The notes beneath the pieces were generated by a model. It saw nothing but the letters and a program-made list of their open reading frames with translations, searched no databases and was not told the DNA's origin. A stretch of DNA of 64,000 nucleotides from Minisyncoccota bacterium (lineage in GTDB: Bacteria > Patescibacteriota > Minisyncoccia > Phycocordibacterales > UBA6065): assembly GCA_036400935.1 (NCBI GenBank), contig DASWWW010000002.1:63939-127938 (forward strand), written 5' to 3'. Position 1 is the stretch's first letter. Every line of letters starts with the position of its first letter. Of the stretch, positions 1-9,383 are shown piece after piece. The translations under genes and the position numbers were made by a program.

Positions 1-1677
1 TTCGGTCTTAACTTCGGCTGGAACCTTGTCGCCCGCCTCCTTCAGCGACTTCTCGGCGGTGTAGATCATCTGCTCTGCGACGTTTCGAGCCTCCACTTCT
101 GCTCGCTTCTTCTCGTCGTCTGCGGCGTTCATTTCCGCGTCCTTCTTCATGCGCTCGATATCCTCCTTCGAGAGGCCCGATGAGCCCTGAATCTTGATCG
201 ACTGCTCCTTGCCGGTAGACTTTTCCTTTGCCTTTACCGAAAGGATGCCGTTAGCGTCGATGTCGAAGGTAACTTCGATCTGAGGAAGGCCTCGAGGTGC
301 TGGCGGAATGCCGTCGAGCACGAATCGACCGAGAGACTTGTTGTCCTTAGCCATAGCTCGGTCTCCCTGAACGACGTTGATCTCTACGGACGGCTGATTG
401 TCGGCTGCGGTCGAGAAGATCTGCGACTTTGACGCAGGGATAGTGGTGTTCTTCTCGATAAGCTTGGTAGCGACGCCTCCCATTGTCTCGATACCGAACG
501 AGAGCGGAATAACGTCGAGCAAGAGAACGTCCTTGACGTCTCCTTTGAGCACGCCTCCCTGGATAGCGGCGCCGATAGCGACCACCTCGTCTGGGTTAAC
601 GCCCATATGCGGCTTTTTCTTGAAGTAGTCCTCTACGGCCTTTTGCATGGCTGGCATACGGGTCTGGCCTCCGACGAGGATGACCTCGTTGATGTCCGCG
701 ACCTTGAACGGAGACGCCTCCATGGCGCGTCGGGTGATTTCCATAGCGCGGGTGACGAACTCGTTTGTGAGCTCCTCGAGCTTTGCGCGAGTCATCTTCT
801 TTACGAGATGGAGAGGGCCGTCAGATCCGACGGAGATGAACGGAATGTTGATCTCGGTCTCGACTGCGGTAGAAAGCTCGATCTTTGCCTTTTCTGCGGC
901 GTCGTCCAGGCGCTGCTTTGCGAGGGCGTCTTTGCGGAGGTCGATGCCGTTCTCCTTCTGGAACTCCTCTGCGAGCCAGTTGATGATCTTCTGGTCGATG
1001 TCCTTTCCTCCGAGGTGCGCGTCTCCGTCGGTAGACTTCACTTCGATGACGTCATCGCCCACTTCGAGGACTGAGATGTCGAAGGTTCCTCCTCCAAAGT
1101 CGAAGACGACGATCTTCTCGTCCTTCTTCTTGTTGAATCCGTACGCGAGGGCTGCCGCAGTCGGCTCGTTTATGATGCGTAGCACGTTGAGGCCCGCGAT
1201 CTTGCCGGCGTCTTTGGTCGCCTGTCGCTGAGAGTCGTTGAAGTAAGCTGGAACGGTGATGACCGCTTCGGTTACGGGCTCTCCGAGGCGCGCTTCGGCG
1301 TCGGTCTTGAGCTTGGTGAGGATCATCGCAGAGACTTCCTCCGGTCGATACCACTTGTCGCCCATCTTCACCTCTACGCCGCCGTTCTCAGACTTGCGGG
1401 ATTCGAACGGAACGGTCTTGATGTCCTTCTGGACGGCCTGCTCGTCGAAGCTGTGGCCGATGAAGCGCTTGATCTGGAAGATCGTGTTCTTTGGGTTAGT
1501 TACCGACTGTCGCTTTGCGATAACTCCTCCTACGCGCTCGCCGGTTTTAGTCTGGGCGATGATCGAAGGCGTGGTTCGCATGCCTTCGGCGTTCTCGAGG
1601 ATCTTTGGCTCGCCGCCCTCCATTACGGCAACGGCTGAGTTCGTGGTACCGAGATCGATACCGATTATTTTAGACAT
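1..1677 (-). CDS. dnaK: Molecular chaperone DnaK (Hsp70); C-terminus lies beyond window start
   Basis: Minus-strand ATG at 1675-1677. Translation [18 protein letters not shown]... plus DLGGGTFD and other Hsp70 motifs. Open to position 1. The plus-strand ORFs in this span are antisense shadows. Confidence 0.92.
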   Translation of the reverse strand, partial: MSKIIGIDLGTTNSAVAVMEGGEPKILENAEGMRTTPSIIAQTKTGERVGGVIAKRQSVTNPKNTIFQIKRFIGHSFDEQAVQKDIKTVPFESRKSENGGVEVKMGDKWYRPEEVSAMILTKLKTDAEARLGEPVTEAVITVPAYFNDSQRQATKDAGKIAGLNVLRIINEPTAAALAYGFNKKKDEKIVVFDFGGGTFDISVLEVGDDVIEVKSTDGDAHLGGKDIDQKIINWLAEEFQKENGIDLRKDALAKQRLDDAAEKAKIELSTAVETEINIPFISVGSDGPLHLVKKMTRAKLEELTNEFVTRAMEITRRAMEASPFKVADINEVILVGGQTRMPAMQKAVEDYFKKKPHMGVNPDEVVAIGAAIQGGVLKGDVKDVLLLDVIPLSFGIETMGGVATKLIEKNTTIPASKSQIFSTAADNQPSVEINVVQGDRAMAKDNKSLGRFVLDGIPPAPRGLPQIEVTFDIDANGILSVKAKEKSTGKEQSIKIQGSSGLSKEDIERMKKDAEMNAADDEKKRAEVEARNVAEQMIYTAEKSLKEAGDKVPAEVKTE

Positions 1678-1721
1678 AGTTTGAATGAATTAGCTTTGTA
1701 AGGCCGATATGCGGCAAGACG

Positions 1722-2066
1722 CTAATTCACCGACGGCGCGCGGGCAAGCTGATTCTGGAGAAAGCACAGGGTCGAGACGAACGGCGATTTGTAGGCCGAA
1801 TAGGTGGCTTTGGAAGGCTGCCAGAGGGCGGCCTTGAAGGCGGCTGGAAGGGCCAAAATTGCCTCTTCCTGGGCCGAACAAGCGGCAGCCGTGTCTGATA
1901 CGGCCTTGGTACCGAGAAAGCGGACTTCTACCTGGCCGCCTATATTTATGAGGGCGAAATATGCCAAAGCAGCCTCTCCATTCTCGAGAGTTACAGGTCG
2001 GGTTACTATTCGTACCTGAGGCTGTTTTATAAGCATAGTGGTGTACCTATAATACGTTTCTGGCAA
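1722..2066 (-). CDS. hypothetical protein (114 aa) between the upstream frameshifted ORF (2047-2426) and dnaK
   Basis: ORF only; no motif recognised. Its position inside the heat-shock cluster is the only support. Confidence 0.3.
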   Translation of the reverse strand: MPETYYRYTTMLIKQPQVRIVTRPVTLENGEAALAYFALINIGGQVEVRFLGTKAVSDTAAACSAQEEAILALPAAFKAALWQPSKATYSAYKSPFVSTLCFLQNQLARAPSVN

Positions 2067-2426
2067 CCAATTTCTTTACAAGATTATTATGCTCAGAACG
2101 GTCAAGTTTGTCTAGAGCAATTATATCTACTCGATAGCCAACCGCGTTAATCCTATCGCTCAATTTTACATCCAAATCATCAATGCGCTTGCTCAGCTTG
2201 CTTTCGATTCCGTCCATGCGCTCGATAAGAAAGTCTCCCATCGTATGCAAAGCCTCGGTGAAATGAACCCGTGACTCCTCAAACCGTTTGTCCATTTTTT
2301 TTCTGATAGATTCCGAATGCTCATATCCGTATTACCCGCCAATCGTTCCATTTTTTCCGCCAACTGACCGATAGTCATCCCCTTTGCCTCATCATTGGTA
2401 ACTTTTGTATTCATGATTGGAATCAT
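2047..2426 (-). pseudogene. coiled-coil hypothetical protein split into two frames at an A8 homopolymer (plus-strand T8 at 2295-2302)
   Basis: The 77-aa ORF (2193-2426) and the 82-aa ORF (2047-2295) abut at the homopolymer. One extra A would fuse ...NLSEKK to MDKRFEES... giving one ~123-aa protein. Confidence 0.4.
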
Positions 2427-2473
2427 ACAAAACCGGAGGTAAATTTTTCCTAAAGATCCCCGCGAACTGTGGA

Positions 2474-2995
2474 CTACTCGCCTTTTGACTCCAATACGAC
2501 GACTTTCGCCGGCTTGATGAGCTTTCCGCCGAGCATGTAGCCTTTTTCGATTACTTCAGAGACAGTGCCTACCTTTGCGGCATCCTCGGTGACTTCGAAT
2601 CGCACAGCCTCGTGTTGCGCAGGATCGAACTTCTGGCCGAGGGGAGAGACCGGCTGCAATCCGTTCTGCTCGACGACGGTCTTGAGCTGCGTATAGATGT
2701 ATTCGACGCCGGCTCGCCAGTTCTTGTCCACCTTCTCCCAAGACGCTTTGTTGCCAAAGGCCATTTCAAAGCTCTGAAGCACGGGAAGGATCTCCTCGAT
2801 CAGCCCCTCGTTCGCCATGGTCCGATAATCCTTCAGCGCGGCTTCGTGCTGCTTCTTGGCATTAGCAAAATCCGCCTTGGCGCGCTGCCAGCCCTGGAGA
2901 TACTCGTCTCGCTCGGCCGTTACCTTCTCGAGCTCGGTCATTTCTGGCTTTGGCTCAGGGCTCGTTTCCGTCGTCTTGTTTTCGTCTTTATCCAT
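2474..2995 (-). CDS. grpE: Nucleotide exchange factor GrpE
   Basis: 173-aa translation has a GrpE-like coiled-coil N-terminus and beta C-terminus (…VSEVIEKGYMLGGKLIKPAKVVV). It sits next to dnaK. Confidence 0.88.
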   Translation of the reverse strand: MDKDENKTTETSPEPKPEMTELEKVTAERDEYLQGWQRAKADFANAKKQHEAALKDYRTMANEGLIEEILPVLQSFEMAFGNKASWEKVDKNWRAGVEYIYTQLKTVVEQNGLQPVSPLGQKFDPAQHEAVRFEVTEDAAKVGTVSEVIEKGYMLGGKLIKPAKVVVLESKGE

Positions 2996-3030
2996 AGTTT
3001 TATACTAGCATCTATTGATAAAATTTGTGT

Positions 3031-3059
3031 TTGACATTTTATCCAGCGAGCCGTATGGT
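3031..3059 (+). promoter_or_regulatory. sigma-70-like promoter TTGACA-N17-TATGGT
   Basis: Hexamers read directly. It is divergent from grpE and lies upstream of the 3147 start. Confidence 0.4.
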
Positions 3060-3146
3060 GTCAACAGTCGGAGGTCCAGCTCATCACATCAACAGGCAGG
3101 ATTTACAAGGAATCCTTGGTGGCCGCAACACCAAATCAGATCGGAC

Positions 3147-3554
3147 ATGACGGAAGCAGCTAGAATTTTGTCAAAAAAGCTCAGAAGTTCCGCGAGCTAT
3201 TCTGCTCGCGACAATATCTGCATCGCATATATCCAAAAGGATCTTCAGGAAGCATGGCTGGAGATCGCCAGCTCGCTCGAAAAAAATCCGACGCCTGGCA
3301 ACATAAACGATCAGATCGCGATTCTTCTTGGATATACGCTTCCGAAAGTGGAGGCTGAAGAAATTCCAGGAGGCAACTTCCCCTGTTTCGTCTTCGTCCG
3401 CTTCAATCAGCCATCCAGCGAGGACATAGACACTGCCGCTCTTCGCATATTGAATGCCGGCATCCTTCCTATCGTCAGGGCCCTTTTGGCCGATCAGTCC
3501 GCCGAAAGCGCCCGTCGCCAAGCCGCCGCTCTGGAGTTGCTTATGTGCACATAG
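3147..3554 (+). CDS. hypothetical protein (start moved to the first ATG downstream of the predicted promoter)
   Basis: ORF 3015-3554 begins with TTG upstream of the -10 element. The ATG at 3147 (MTEAARILSKKL...) is the first plausible start. A terminator follows. Confidence 0.4.
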   Translation: MTEAARILSKKLRSSASYSARDNICIAYIQKDLQEAWLEIASSLEKNPTPGNINDQIAILLGYTLPKVEAEEIPGGNFPCFVFVRFNQPSSEDIDTAALRILNAGILPIVRALLADQSAESARRQAAALELLMCT

Positions 3555-3579
3555 CCGCTCACAAGGCGGCTTTTTTATT
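3555..3579 (+). terminator. Rho-independent terminator (GCCGC-loop-GCGGC + T6)
   Basis: Hairpin and T-run seen directly after the stop at 3554. Confidence 0.6.
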
Positions 3580-3597
3580 GGCAACGGACTTTGCACA

Positions 3598-3630
3598 TAA
3601 AACAAAAACACCCTTGCGGATGTTTTTTGT
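3598..3630 (-). terminator. weak hairpin + T-run downstream of rpsI
   Basis: Minus-strand read aaaaacatcc-gcaa-gggtgttttt followed by gttttatg. Confidence 0.35.
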
Positions 3631-3635
3631 AAGCT

Positions 3636-4046
3636 TTATCGCTTTGACCACTGTGGAGACTTTCGGGCCTTCTTGAGACCGAACTTCCTTCGCTCCTTTG
3701 CTCGAGGATCTCGCTTGAGGAATCCGAGCTTCTTGAGCTTCTTTCGGAGCTCGAGATCGTAGTCGAGGAGGGCTCGAGAGATAGCGTGTCGGAGAGCCTC
3801 AGACTGAGAGTGGATGCCGCCTCCGTTGAGGAGCGCAGTAACCTTGAACTTCTGAGTGATCTTTGACTGGACGAATGCCGCCTCCGCGATCATCTGCATC
3901 TCCTTCGTGACGAAGTACTCGGTAAAGTCCTTGTCGTTGATGGTGATCGACTGCTTTGTAGCAGGAGTGATGCGAGCGCGAGCGACTGCGGTCTTGCGTC
4001 GGCCGACTGCTTCGAAGTATTTGGTTTTTGTCTCGGTAGTTGACAT
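3636..4046 (-). CDS. rpsI: 30S ribosomal protein S9
   Basis: GRRKTAVARARI motif and C-terminal …KKARKSPQWSKR. Confidence 0.92.
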   Translation of the reverse strand: MSTTETKTKYFEAVGRRKTAVARARITPATKQSITINDKDFTEYFVTKEMQMIAEAAFVQSKITQKFKVTALLNGGGIHSQSEALRHAISRALLDYDLELRKKLKKLGFLKRDPRAKERRKFGLKKARKSPQWSKR

Positions 4047-4055
4047 ATATTGAAA

Positions 4056-4406
4056 TTATTCGGTTACGACCAAGTTCTTGAGCATCTTAGCCTGGAGCTT
4101 GTTCTTTGGGAGCATGCCCTTGATAGCGATCGTGAAGACCTCTGACATCCCCTTCTTCTCGACGAGGCGCTTCATAGAAGTCTCGATGAGGCCGCCTGGA
4201 TAGCCAGAGTAGCGCTTGTAGACTTTCTGGTCCATCTTCTTGTCGGTAACGTCCGCCTTTGCGGCGTTGATGATGCGCACCTCCACATCAGCAACTACGT
4301 TAGGAGCGTATGCCGTTGAATTCTTGCCCATGAGGATCTTTGCCGCCTCTGATGCGATGCGTCCGATCTTCTTTGCCTGCGCGTCGATGGTGTGTGTAGT
4401 TCTCAT
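4056..4406 (-). CDS. rplM: 50S ribosomal protein L13
   Basis: 116-aa translation typical of L13. Conserved rplM-rpsI order. Confidence 0.9.
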   Translation of the reverse strand: MRTTHTIDAQAKKIGRIASEAAKILMGKNSTAYAPNVVADVEVRIINAAKADVTDKKMDQKVYKRYSGYPGGLIETSMKRLVEKKGMSEVFTIAIKGMLPKNKLQAKMLKNLVVTE

Positions 4407-4410
4407 ATGA

Positions 4411-4764
4411 TTATTTTACGAACTGGATATGAGCCATCTTTGCTCCGTCAGACTTTCGGAGAGGAAGCTTGATAACGCGGGTATATCCGCCCATGCGAGT
4501 CTTCATGGTAGGAGCGACTACCTCGATGAGCTTCTTTGCGGCCTTCTCGTCGTCGATAGACGCGATGAGGGATCGTCGAGACGCGAGAGTGTTCTTCTTT
4601 GCGGTCGTGATCATAGGCTCGATGTACTTTCGGAGCTCCTTTGCCTTTGACTCGGTAGTTGTGATGCCCTCATGGATGATGAGAGATCGCACGAGAGAGC
4701 GAACCAGCGATACGCGCTGTCCTTTTTCTCGGCCGAGTGTCTTGAATTTATCGTGATGTCGCAT
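4411..4764 (-). CDS. rplQ: 50S ribosomal protein L17
   Basis: 117-aa translation (…GGYTRVIKLPLRKSDGAKMAHIQFV) matches L17 and follows rpoA. Confidence 0.9.
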   Translation of the reverse strand: MRHHDKFKTLGREKGQRVSLVRSLVRSLIIHEGITTTESKAKELRKYIEPMITTAKKNTLASRRSLIASIDDEKAAKKLIEVVAPTMKTRMGGYTRVIKLPLRKSDGAKMAHIQFVK

Positions 4765-4819
4765 GGGGTTGTTGGATTACTAGACTAACCGTTTTCGTTC
4801 GATTTGTCTAGTTTTTCGC

Positions 4820-5782
4820 TTATTTAAGGGTGATTCCGAACTCTGAGAGCGCCTTCCGGATCTCCTGGATGCCCTTTGGTCCGAGGCCCTCGATGTTCTC
4901 GATGTCTACCTCCTTCTTTCGAACGAGGCCGCCTACGGTTCGGATGTTAGCGCTAGCGAGCGCGTTCGACGTGCGCTGCGAAAGACCGAGGGTCTCGATT
5001 CGAGTCTTCAGGAACTCGGTGTCGAGCTCCTTCTTCTCGCCAAAAGATTCCTCAGACTTCTCCTCTGACTTTGGGGCCACAACCTCCTCTTCCTTGAAGC
5101 CAACGATAGCCTTGAGCTGGTTGATCATGGTAGCGATCGACATCTCGAGCGCCTCGTGAGGGGTGATGGTTCCGTCGGTCTCGATAGTGACCTTCAATCG
5201 GTTGAAATCGGTTCGGTCGCCGACTCGCATGTTCTCTACCTCGTAGTTAACTTTGCGGATAGGGGTGAACGTAGCGTCGAGAGAGATAGTGCCGATGTCT
5301 ACGCGCTCCTTCTGGAGAACGTCCTTAGATACGTATCCGAGGCCTCGGGCGACGGTAAGCTCGACATCGAGCTCGGTAGCCTTGTCGGTGATAGAGGCGA
5401 TGTGAAGGTCAGGGTTGAGGATCTCTACCTGGCCAGGGACAGTGATGTCGCTCGCCTTTACGTCCTTCACGCCCTTGATCTTGAAAGAAAGGGTCTGAGT
5501 CTCCTCAGAAGAGATGCGGATGCGGAGCTTCTTCAAGTTGAGGATGATAGTGATGACATCCTCCTTTACTCCGTTGATGGTCGAAAACTCATGGTTAACG
5601 CCCGCGATCTTCACGTGGGTAACAGCGGCGCCAGGAAGTGACGAGAGGATGATGCGTCGGAGAGAGTTTCCGAGTGTGTGTCCGTAGCCAGGATAGAGGC
5701 CGTCTATCTCGTACACGCCCAAGAAATCCTTCTCGAGGACTACCTTTGGCTTTGATGGGAGCACTACGTCTATATTTGTCAT
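4820..5782 (-). CDS. rpoA: DNA-directed RNA polymerase subunit alpha
   Basis: 320 aa. N-terminal dimerisation domain plus C-terminal alpha-CTD (…ETLGLSQRTSNALASANIRTVGGLV…). Confidence 0.93.
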   Translation of the reverse strand: MTNIDVVLPSKPKVVLEKDFLGVYEIDGLYPGYGHTLGNSLRRIILSSLPGAAVTHVKIAGVNHEFSTINGVKEDVITIILNLKKLRIRISSEETQTLSFKIKGVKDVKASDITVPGQVEILNPDLHIASITDKATELDVELTVARGLGYVSKDVLQKERVDIGTISLDATFTPIRKVNYEVENMRVGDRTDFNRLKVTIETDGTITPHEALEMSIATMINQLKAIVGFKEEEVVAPKSEEKSEESFGEKKELDTEFLKTRIETLGLSQRTSNALASANIRTVGGLVRKKEVDIENIEGLGPKGIQEIRKALSEFGITLK

Positions 5783-5833
5783 TGTTTTTTTATTTACAAA
5801 ATATTAGCCCGACCCAACCCTCACCGTCTCGAA

Positions 5834-6436
5834 TTATCGGCTGTAGAATTCGATAACCTGACCGAGGTTAAACAAATGGTCCTTCTGAGCGTACTTTGGC
5901 ATGCCTTCTACGGTCGCAGTCTTCTTGTCCGCGTCGTATGAGATCCATGAAGGCAAAGCGACCTTCTTCATCTTCTCGTCAACGGTGGCGAAAAGAGGCT
6001 TCTTCTGGCTCGCGAGCCTGATCGATACCTTGTCGCCCATAGAGATGGTCTGAGAAGGAACATTGGTTCGCTTGCCGTTCACGAGGATGTGGCCGTGAGC
6101 GGTCATCTGGCGAGCAGCCTGTCGCGTAGACGCGAGGCCGAGGCGGTAGACGACGTTGTCGAGTCGAGTCTCGAGTCGCTCGAAAAGCGCCTGGACCGTT
6201 GCGCCCTTCTTTGCGAGAGATTCGTTGACGTACTTCTTGAACTGTCGCTCTCCTACTCCGTATGAGAAGCGCACCTTCTGCTTCTCAAGCATGGCGAGGG
6301 CGTAGTCGCCCTTTGGTCGGAACGAGGGCTTGCCTCCCTTTCGCTCCTGCCTGAGTGCGAACTTCTGAGTCTGCGTCTTCTCGAAGATATTTGCTCCGAG
6401 TCGGCGAGCGATCTTGTATTTTGGTCCAGAAATCAT
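5834..6436 (-). CDS. rpsD: 30S ribosomal protein S4
   Basis: …ARRLGANIFEKTQTQKFALRQERKG… is an S4 N-terminus. Operon context. Confidence 0.9.
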   Translation of the reverse strand: MISGPKYKIARRLGANIFEKTQTQKFALRQERKGGKPSFRPKGDYALAMLEKQKVRFSYGVGERQFKKYVNESLAKKGATVQALFERLETRLDNVVYRLGLASTRQAARQMTAHGHILVNGKRTNVPSQTISMGDKVSIRLASQKKPLFATVDEKMKKVALPSWISYDADKKTATVEGMPKYAQKDHLFNLGQVIEFYSR

Positions 6437-6463
6437 AATAAAGTTTGATTATTAAAGATGAAA

Positions 6464-6898
6464 CTATACTCGTCGAGGCTTCTTAGCTCGAGGCCCGTTG
6501 AAAGGCACAGGAGTTACGTCTTTGATCGAAGAGATGCCGAGGCCCTTAGTGATGAAGCTTCGGACAGCAGACTCTCGTCCCGATCCTACGCCCTTGATGA
6601 CAGCGGCGACCTCCTTCATGCCCATGAGCTTTGCCTTGTCGGCGAGGATCTCGCCTACCTTTGCAGCCGCGAAAGGAGTTCCCTTCTTTGCGCCCTTGAA
6701 GCCGAGAGCTCCAGCAGACGATGCAGCCAAAGCGTTGCCCTTAGAATCCGTAAGGAGGCACATGGTGTTGTTGTATGTCGACTGGACATAGAGGATGCCA
6801 GTGTCGACTTTTCGCTTTGGGGCCTTCGCGACAGGAGCCGTGTCCTTCTTAGACTCGACCTTCTTGTCCTCCGGCGCTTTGATCTTTTTCTCTGCCAT
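6464..6898 (-). CDS. rpsK: 30S ribosomal protein S11 (with Lys-rich N-terminal extension)
   Basis: C-terminus …SFITKGLGISSIKDVTPVPFNGPRAKKPRRV. Confidence 0.9.
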   Translation of the reverse strand: MAEKKIKAPEDKKVESKKDTAPVAKAPKRKVDTGILYVQSTYNNTMCLLTDSKGNALAASSAGALGFKGAKKGTPFAAAKVGEILADKAKLMGMKEVAAVIKGVGSGRESAVRSFITKGLGISSIKDVTPVPFNGPRAKKPRRV

Positions 6899-6921
6899 AG
6901 TTTTAGTTATAAGTGTTGGAA

Positions 6922-7302
6922 TTATTTCTTCTCAGCTACCTTTCGTCCGGTACCCATGGTCTTTCGGGTATTTCCGCGGCGGGTTCGAGAGTTGGTCTTT
7001 GTCCTCTGGCCGTTAACTGGAAGGCTTCGCATATGTCGGATGCCTCGGTACGCCTTGATGTCCTTCAGGCGCTTGATGTTAGAAGCGACTTCTCGCTTGA
7101 GGTCTCCCTCGAACTTGAGGGTCTCCATCGCCTTCTTGATAGCGAGCTCCTCGTCTGCGGTGACTTCCTTTGCCTTCTTTGTAGGAACGACGTTAGCGTC
7201 CTTCAAAATAGAGAGGGCGCGAGAGCGGCCAATGCCGTAAAGCGAGGTGAGCGCGATGTCTATGTGCTTTTCGTCTGGAAGGCTGATACCGAGGATTCGC
7301 AT
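6922..7302 (-). CDS. rpsM: 30S ribosomal protein S13
   Basis: MRILGISLPDEKHIDIALTSLYGIGRSRA…. Confidence 0.92.
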   Translation of the reverse strand: MRILGISLPDEKHIDIALTSLYGIGRSRALSILKDANVVPTKKAKEVTADEELAIKKAMETLKFEGDLKREVASNIKRLKDIKAYRGIRHMRSLPVNGQRTKTNSRTRRGNTRKTMGTGRKVAEKK

Positions 7303-7340
7303 GTGTTAGTTTTCTTAAAAAATTACCTTAAAATTTGGCC

Positions 7341-7400
7341 GAATAACAAAAAAAGTTCTCCAAAGAGATAGGCTCCTATCCTAGCACGTAATGCTAGGAT
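7341..7400 (-). promoter_or_regulatory. two overlapping hairpins + T7 run between rpmJ and rpsM (attenuator / candidate S4-binding leader)
   Basis: Minus-strand read ATCCTAGCA-ttacg-TGCTAGGAT, then GATAGG-agc-CTATC, then ...aactttttttgtt. Confidence 0.4.
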
Positions 7401-7423
7401 TGTAAACCCTTTCTCTTATTGGA

Positions 7424-7540
7424 TTAACCCTGGCGCTGCTTGTGGCGAGGATTGCCCTTGCAAACAACGTAAACATAGCCCTTTCGTCGGACTACCTTAC
7501 AGGTCGCGCACTTCTTTTTTACTGATGACTTGACTCGCAT
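7424..7540 (-). CDS. rpmJ: 50S ribosomal protein L36
   Basis: Hand translation [38 protein letters not shown] (38 aa, zinc-ribbon Cys). It is below the 60-aa cutoff of the ORF track. Confidence 0.85.
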   Translation of the reverse strand: MRVKSSVKKKCATCKVVRRKGYVYVVCKGNPRHKQRQG

Positions 7541-7579
7541 GTTTTTATAATTGTTAGTTTGTGAGGGCTACGCTCTTAC

Positions 7580-7792
7580 CTACATTCGCTGAATGATTCG
7601 ACCTTTGCCGCCGTACGGCTCAAGCTCGAGGCGCACCTTGTCGCCTACGAGAACCCTGATGCGGTTCATTCTCATTTTTCCAGCAAGATACGTAAGTATC
7701 TCGCTCTCGTCCTCAAGCTTTACCCTGAAGAACGTATTAGGCAAAGCCTCTGTGACTGTGCCGAGAACGCTTGTTTTGTTTTGGTCTGCCAT
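7580..7792 (-). CDS. infA: Translation initiation factor IF-1
   Basis: 70 aa, …[33 protein letters not shown] is the IF-1 S1 fold. Confidence 0.92.
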   Translation of the reverse strand: MADQNKTSVLGTVTEALPNTFFRVKLEDESEILTYLAGKMRMNRIRVLVGDKVRLELEPYGGKGRIIQRM

Positions 7793-7807
7793 TTAGAACG
7801 TCTGTGT

Positions 7808-7836
7808 AGTGTAAACCAATTCGTAAAATACGTCAA
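7808..7836 (-). promoter_or_regulatory. candidate promoter TTGACG-N17-TACACT upstream of infA
   Basis: Hexamers read on the minus strand. The implied leader is very short. Confidence 0.3.
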
Positions 7837-7947
7837 TAAGGCCGTCGGTATCGCCCTCTCTCGGCACGCATAAAGGCCTACTGGCCTTTTGCTCCGCTCG
7901 CGCCGTCGCGATGCGCGAGGCCGATTTCGGGTGATCCGACCGGCCCA

Positions 7948-9369
7948 CTACATATTTTTCTTAACAACTATCTTATCGAGAGCCTCTGGGAAGGTTCGAG
8001 ACCAGAACGGACGCAATGAGATATCGGCCTTTTCTATAGTCGGGTACTTCTGGAGGACTGCCGGGATTTCCGAGCGGGCCTTGCCAGCCAAAGCCTCTTT
8101 TAAGGCCTGCTCGTCGTAATACCATTCGAAAGCGGCTGGTCCCGAGAGATTGAAGGAAATCGAGTCCGCCACCGCCGGATTAAAGCTTGTCCCCGGCTTG
8201 AACACGAGCTCGCCGGTATTGGTTACGACCACGGGAAGGCCGTCATAGCCGGAAATCTCGGATTTCGCTACCGCGCCGCCGAAAGCCTTCTTGTCAAAGA
8301 CGACAAGCGAGAGAGTTCCCTCCTCCTTGAGGGTGACTTCGGAGGCCGATGGGGATTCCTCAGGCAAAGAGACGAAATCGATCTTGTAGCCGTTCGCGAA
8401 ATACGCCATATCGGCGGTAACGTTCGCCTCGATCTGCTTTATGAGATCCGAAGTGATCTTGGACTCGATATTTGCCTTTGCCTTTGCGCGGTCGGCGTCG
8501 GCAACGACTTTCTGAATGCCGGAGAAACCGCCGTCGATAGCGGTCTTCGCTCGGGCATAGAATGTCGTATAGCGGGGATCGCCCTTAAAACCTGGGATAG
8601 TGAAGTCCTTGAGGCCGACATTGTACGAATCGCCCGAAGCGTCAGCAACGACGGTCGCCTCTACGCTGCCCGGAGTGGTGCCTGTCTTTCCGGGAACGGT
8701 TACTGAATCGGTAATGCGGAAAATCAAGCCCTCAGGAGTGGCGAATCGGGTGTTCTTGATGAGGCGCTGGGCGGTAGCGTTGTAGTTGTTGTAAATGATG
8801 ATGGTTCCGGTCGCCTTCTTGTCGACCTGCTTCTCGCCGGTCGCCTTTATGGTCTCCGATCCAGTCTGCTTTATGGAAACCACGGCAAAGCCGAGCTCGC
8901 TCGCGCTCGGGACCTTTTTGGCGACGAGATCAGTCTGGATATTTTGAGTCACCAACTTTGGAGTAACGGTAACCGTAGCGCCGTGGAATACATTAGAGAG
9001 GATGACGAGCAGCGCGATGACCGCTACGATGCCTCCGGCGGCTATGAGCTTCTTCCAGCCCTTCTTGCCGCGAGATCGCGACCTCGATGCCTCGAATTCG
9101 TTGCGGACGCTTTCGATCGTATCGGTATCGTCCCCGACGATGCGGAAATTGTCGGCCGCTGGCTCTGGACGCTCGATTACTTCCTCTACTTGGCGAACCT
9201 CCTCGACAACCTTCCTCGTCCTAACGGTCTTTGGTTTTACGATTTCCTCGACCGGAGCGGGACGAGCAGCCGACTTTGCGGCAGATCTTGCCCTGTTTTC
9301 TGAAACAGGAATCCTTCTAATCGTTTTACCGCCCTTTGGGACGATGTCTTGCATCGGGTTTTGTGCCAT
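7948..9369 (-). CDS. hypothetical bitopic membrane protein (basic ~105-aa cytoplasmic N-term, one TM, ~350-aa extracytoplasmic domain)
   Basis: TM segment LIAAGGIVAVIALLVILSNVF. Stop/start is 15 nt from the upstream actin-like ATPase gene. Confidence 0.7.
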   Translation of the reverse strand: MAQNPMQDIVPKGGKTIRRIPVSENRARSAAKSAARPAPVEEIVKPKTVRTRKVVEEVRQVEEVIERPEPAADNFRIVGDDTDTIESVRNEFEASRSRSRGKKGWKKLIAAGGIVAVIALLVILSNVFHGATVTVTPKLVTQNIQTDLVAKKVPSASELGFAVVSIKQTGSETIKATGEKQVDKKATGTIIIYNNYNATAQRLIKNTRFATPEGLIFRITDSVTVPGKTGTTPGSVEATVVADASGDSYNVGLKDFTIPGFKGDPRYTTFYARAKTAIDGGFSGIQKVVADADRAKAKANIESKITSDLIKQIEANVTADMAYFANGYKIDFVSLPEESPSASEVTLKEEGTLSLVVFDKKAFGGAVAKSEISGYDGLPVVVTNTGELVFKPGTSFNPAVADSISFNLSGPAAFEWYYDEQALKEALAGKARSEIPAVLQKYPTIEKADISLRPFWSRTFPEALDKIVVKKNM

Positions 9370-9383
9370 ATTTGTTCAGTATA

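Noticed and set aside
607-1684. Plus-strand ORFs (155, 194, 142 aa) overlapping dnaK
   Set aside because: They are antisense to a DnaK reading frame that translates perfectly. No motifs. Typical shadow ORFs in GC-moderate DNA.
2996-3030. CIRCE (TTAGCACTC-N9-GAGTGCTAA) heat-shock operator upstream of grpE/dnaK
   Set aside because: Looked for it in 2996-3060 and 1678-2046; no match. HrcA-type control is not supported by this window.
6458-7240. 260-aa plus-strand ORF across rpsK/rpsM
   Set aside because: Antisense to two ribosomal protein genes with perfect translations.
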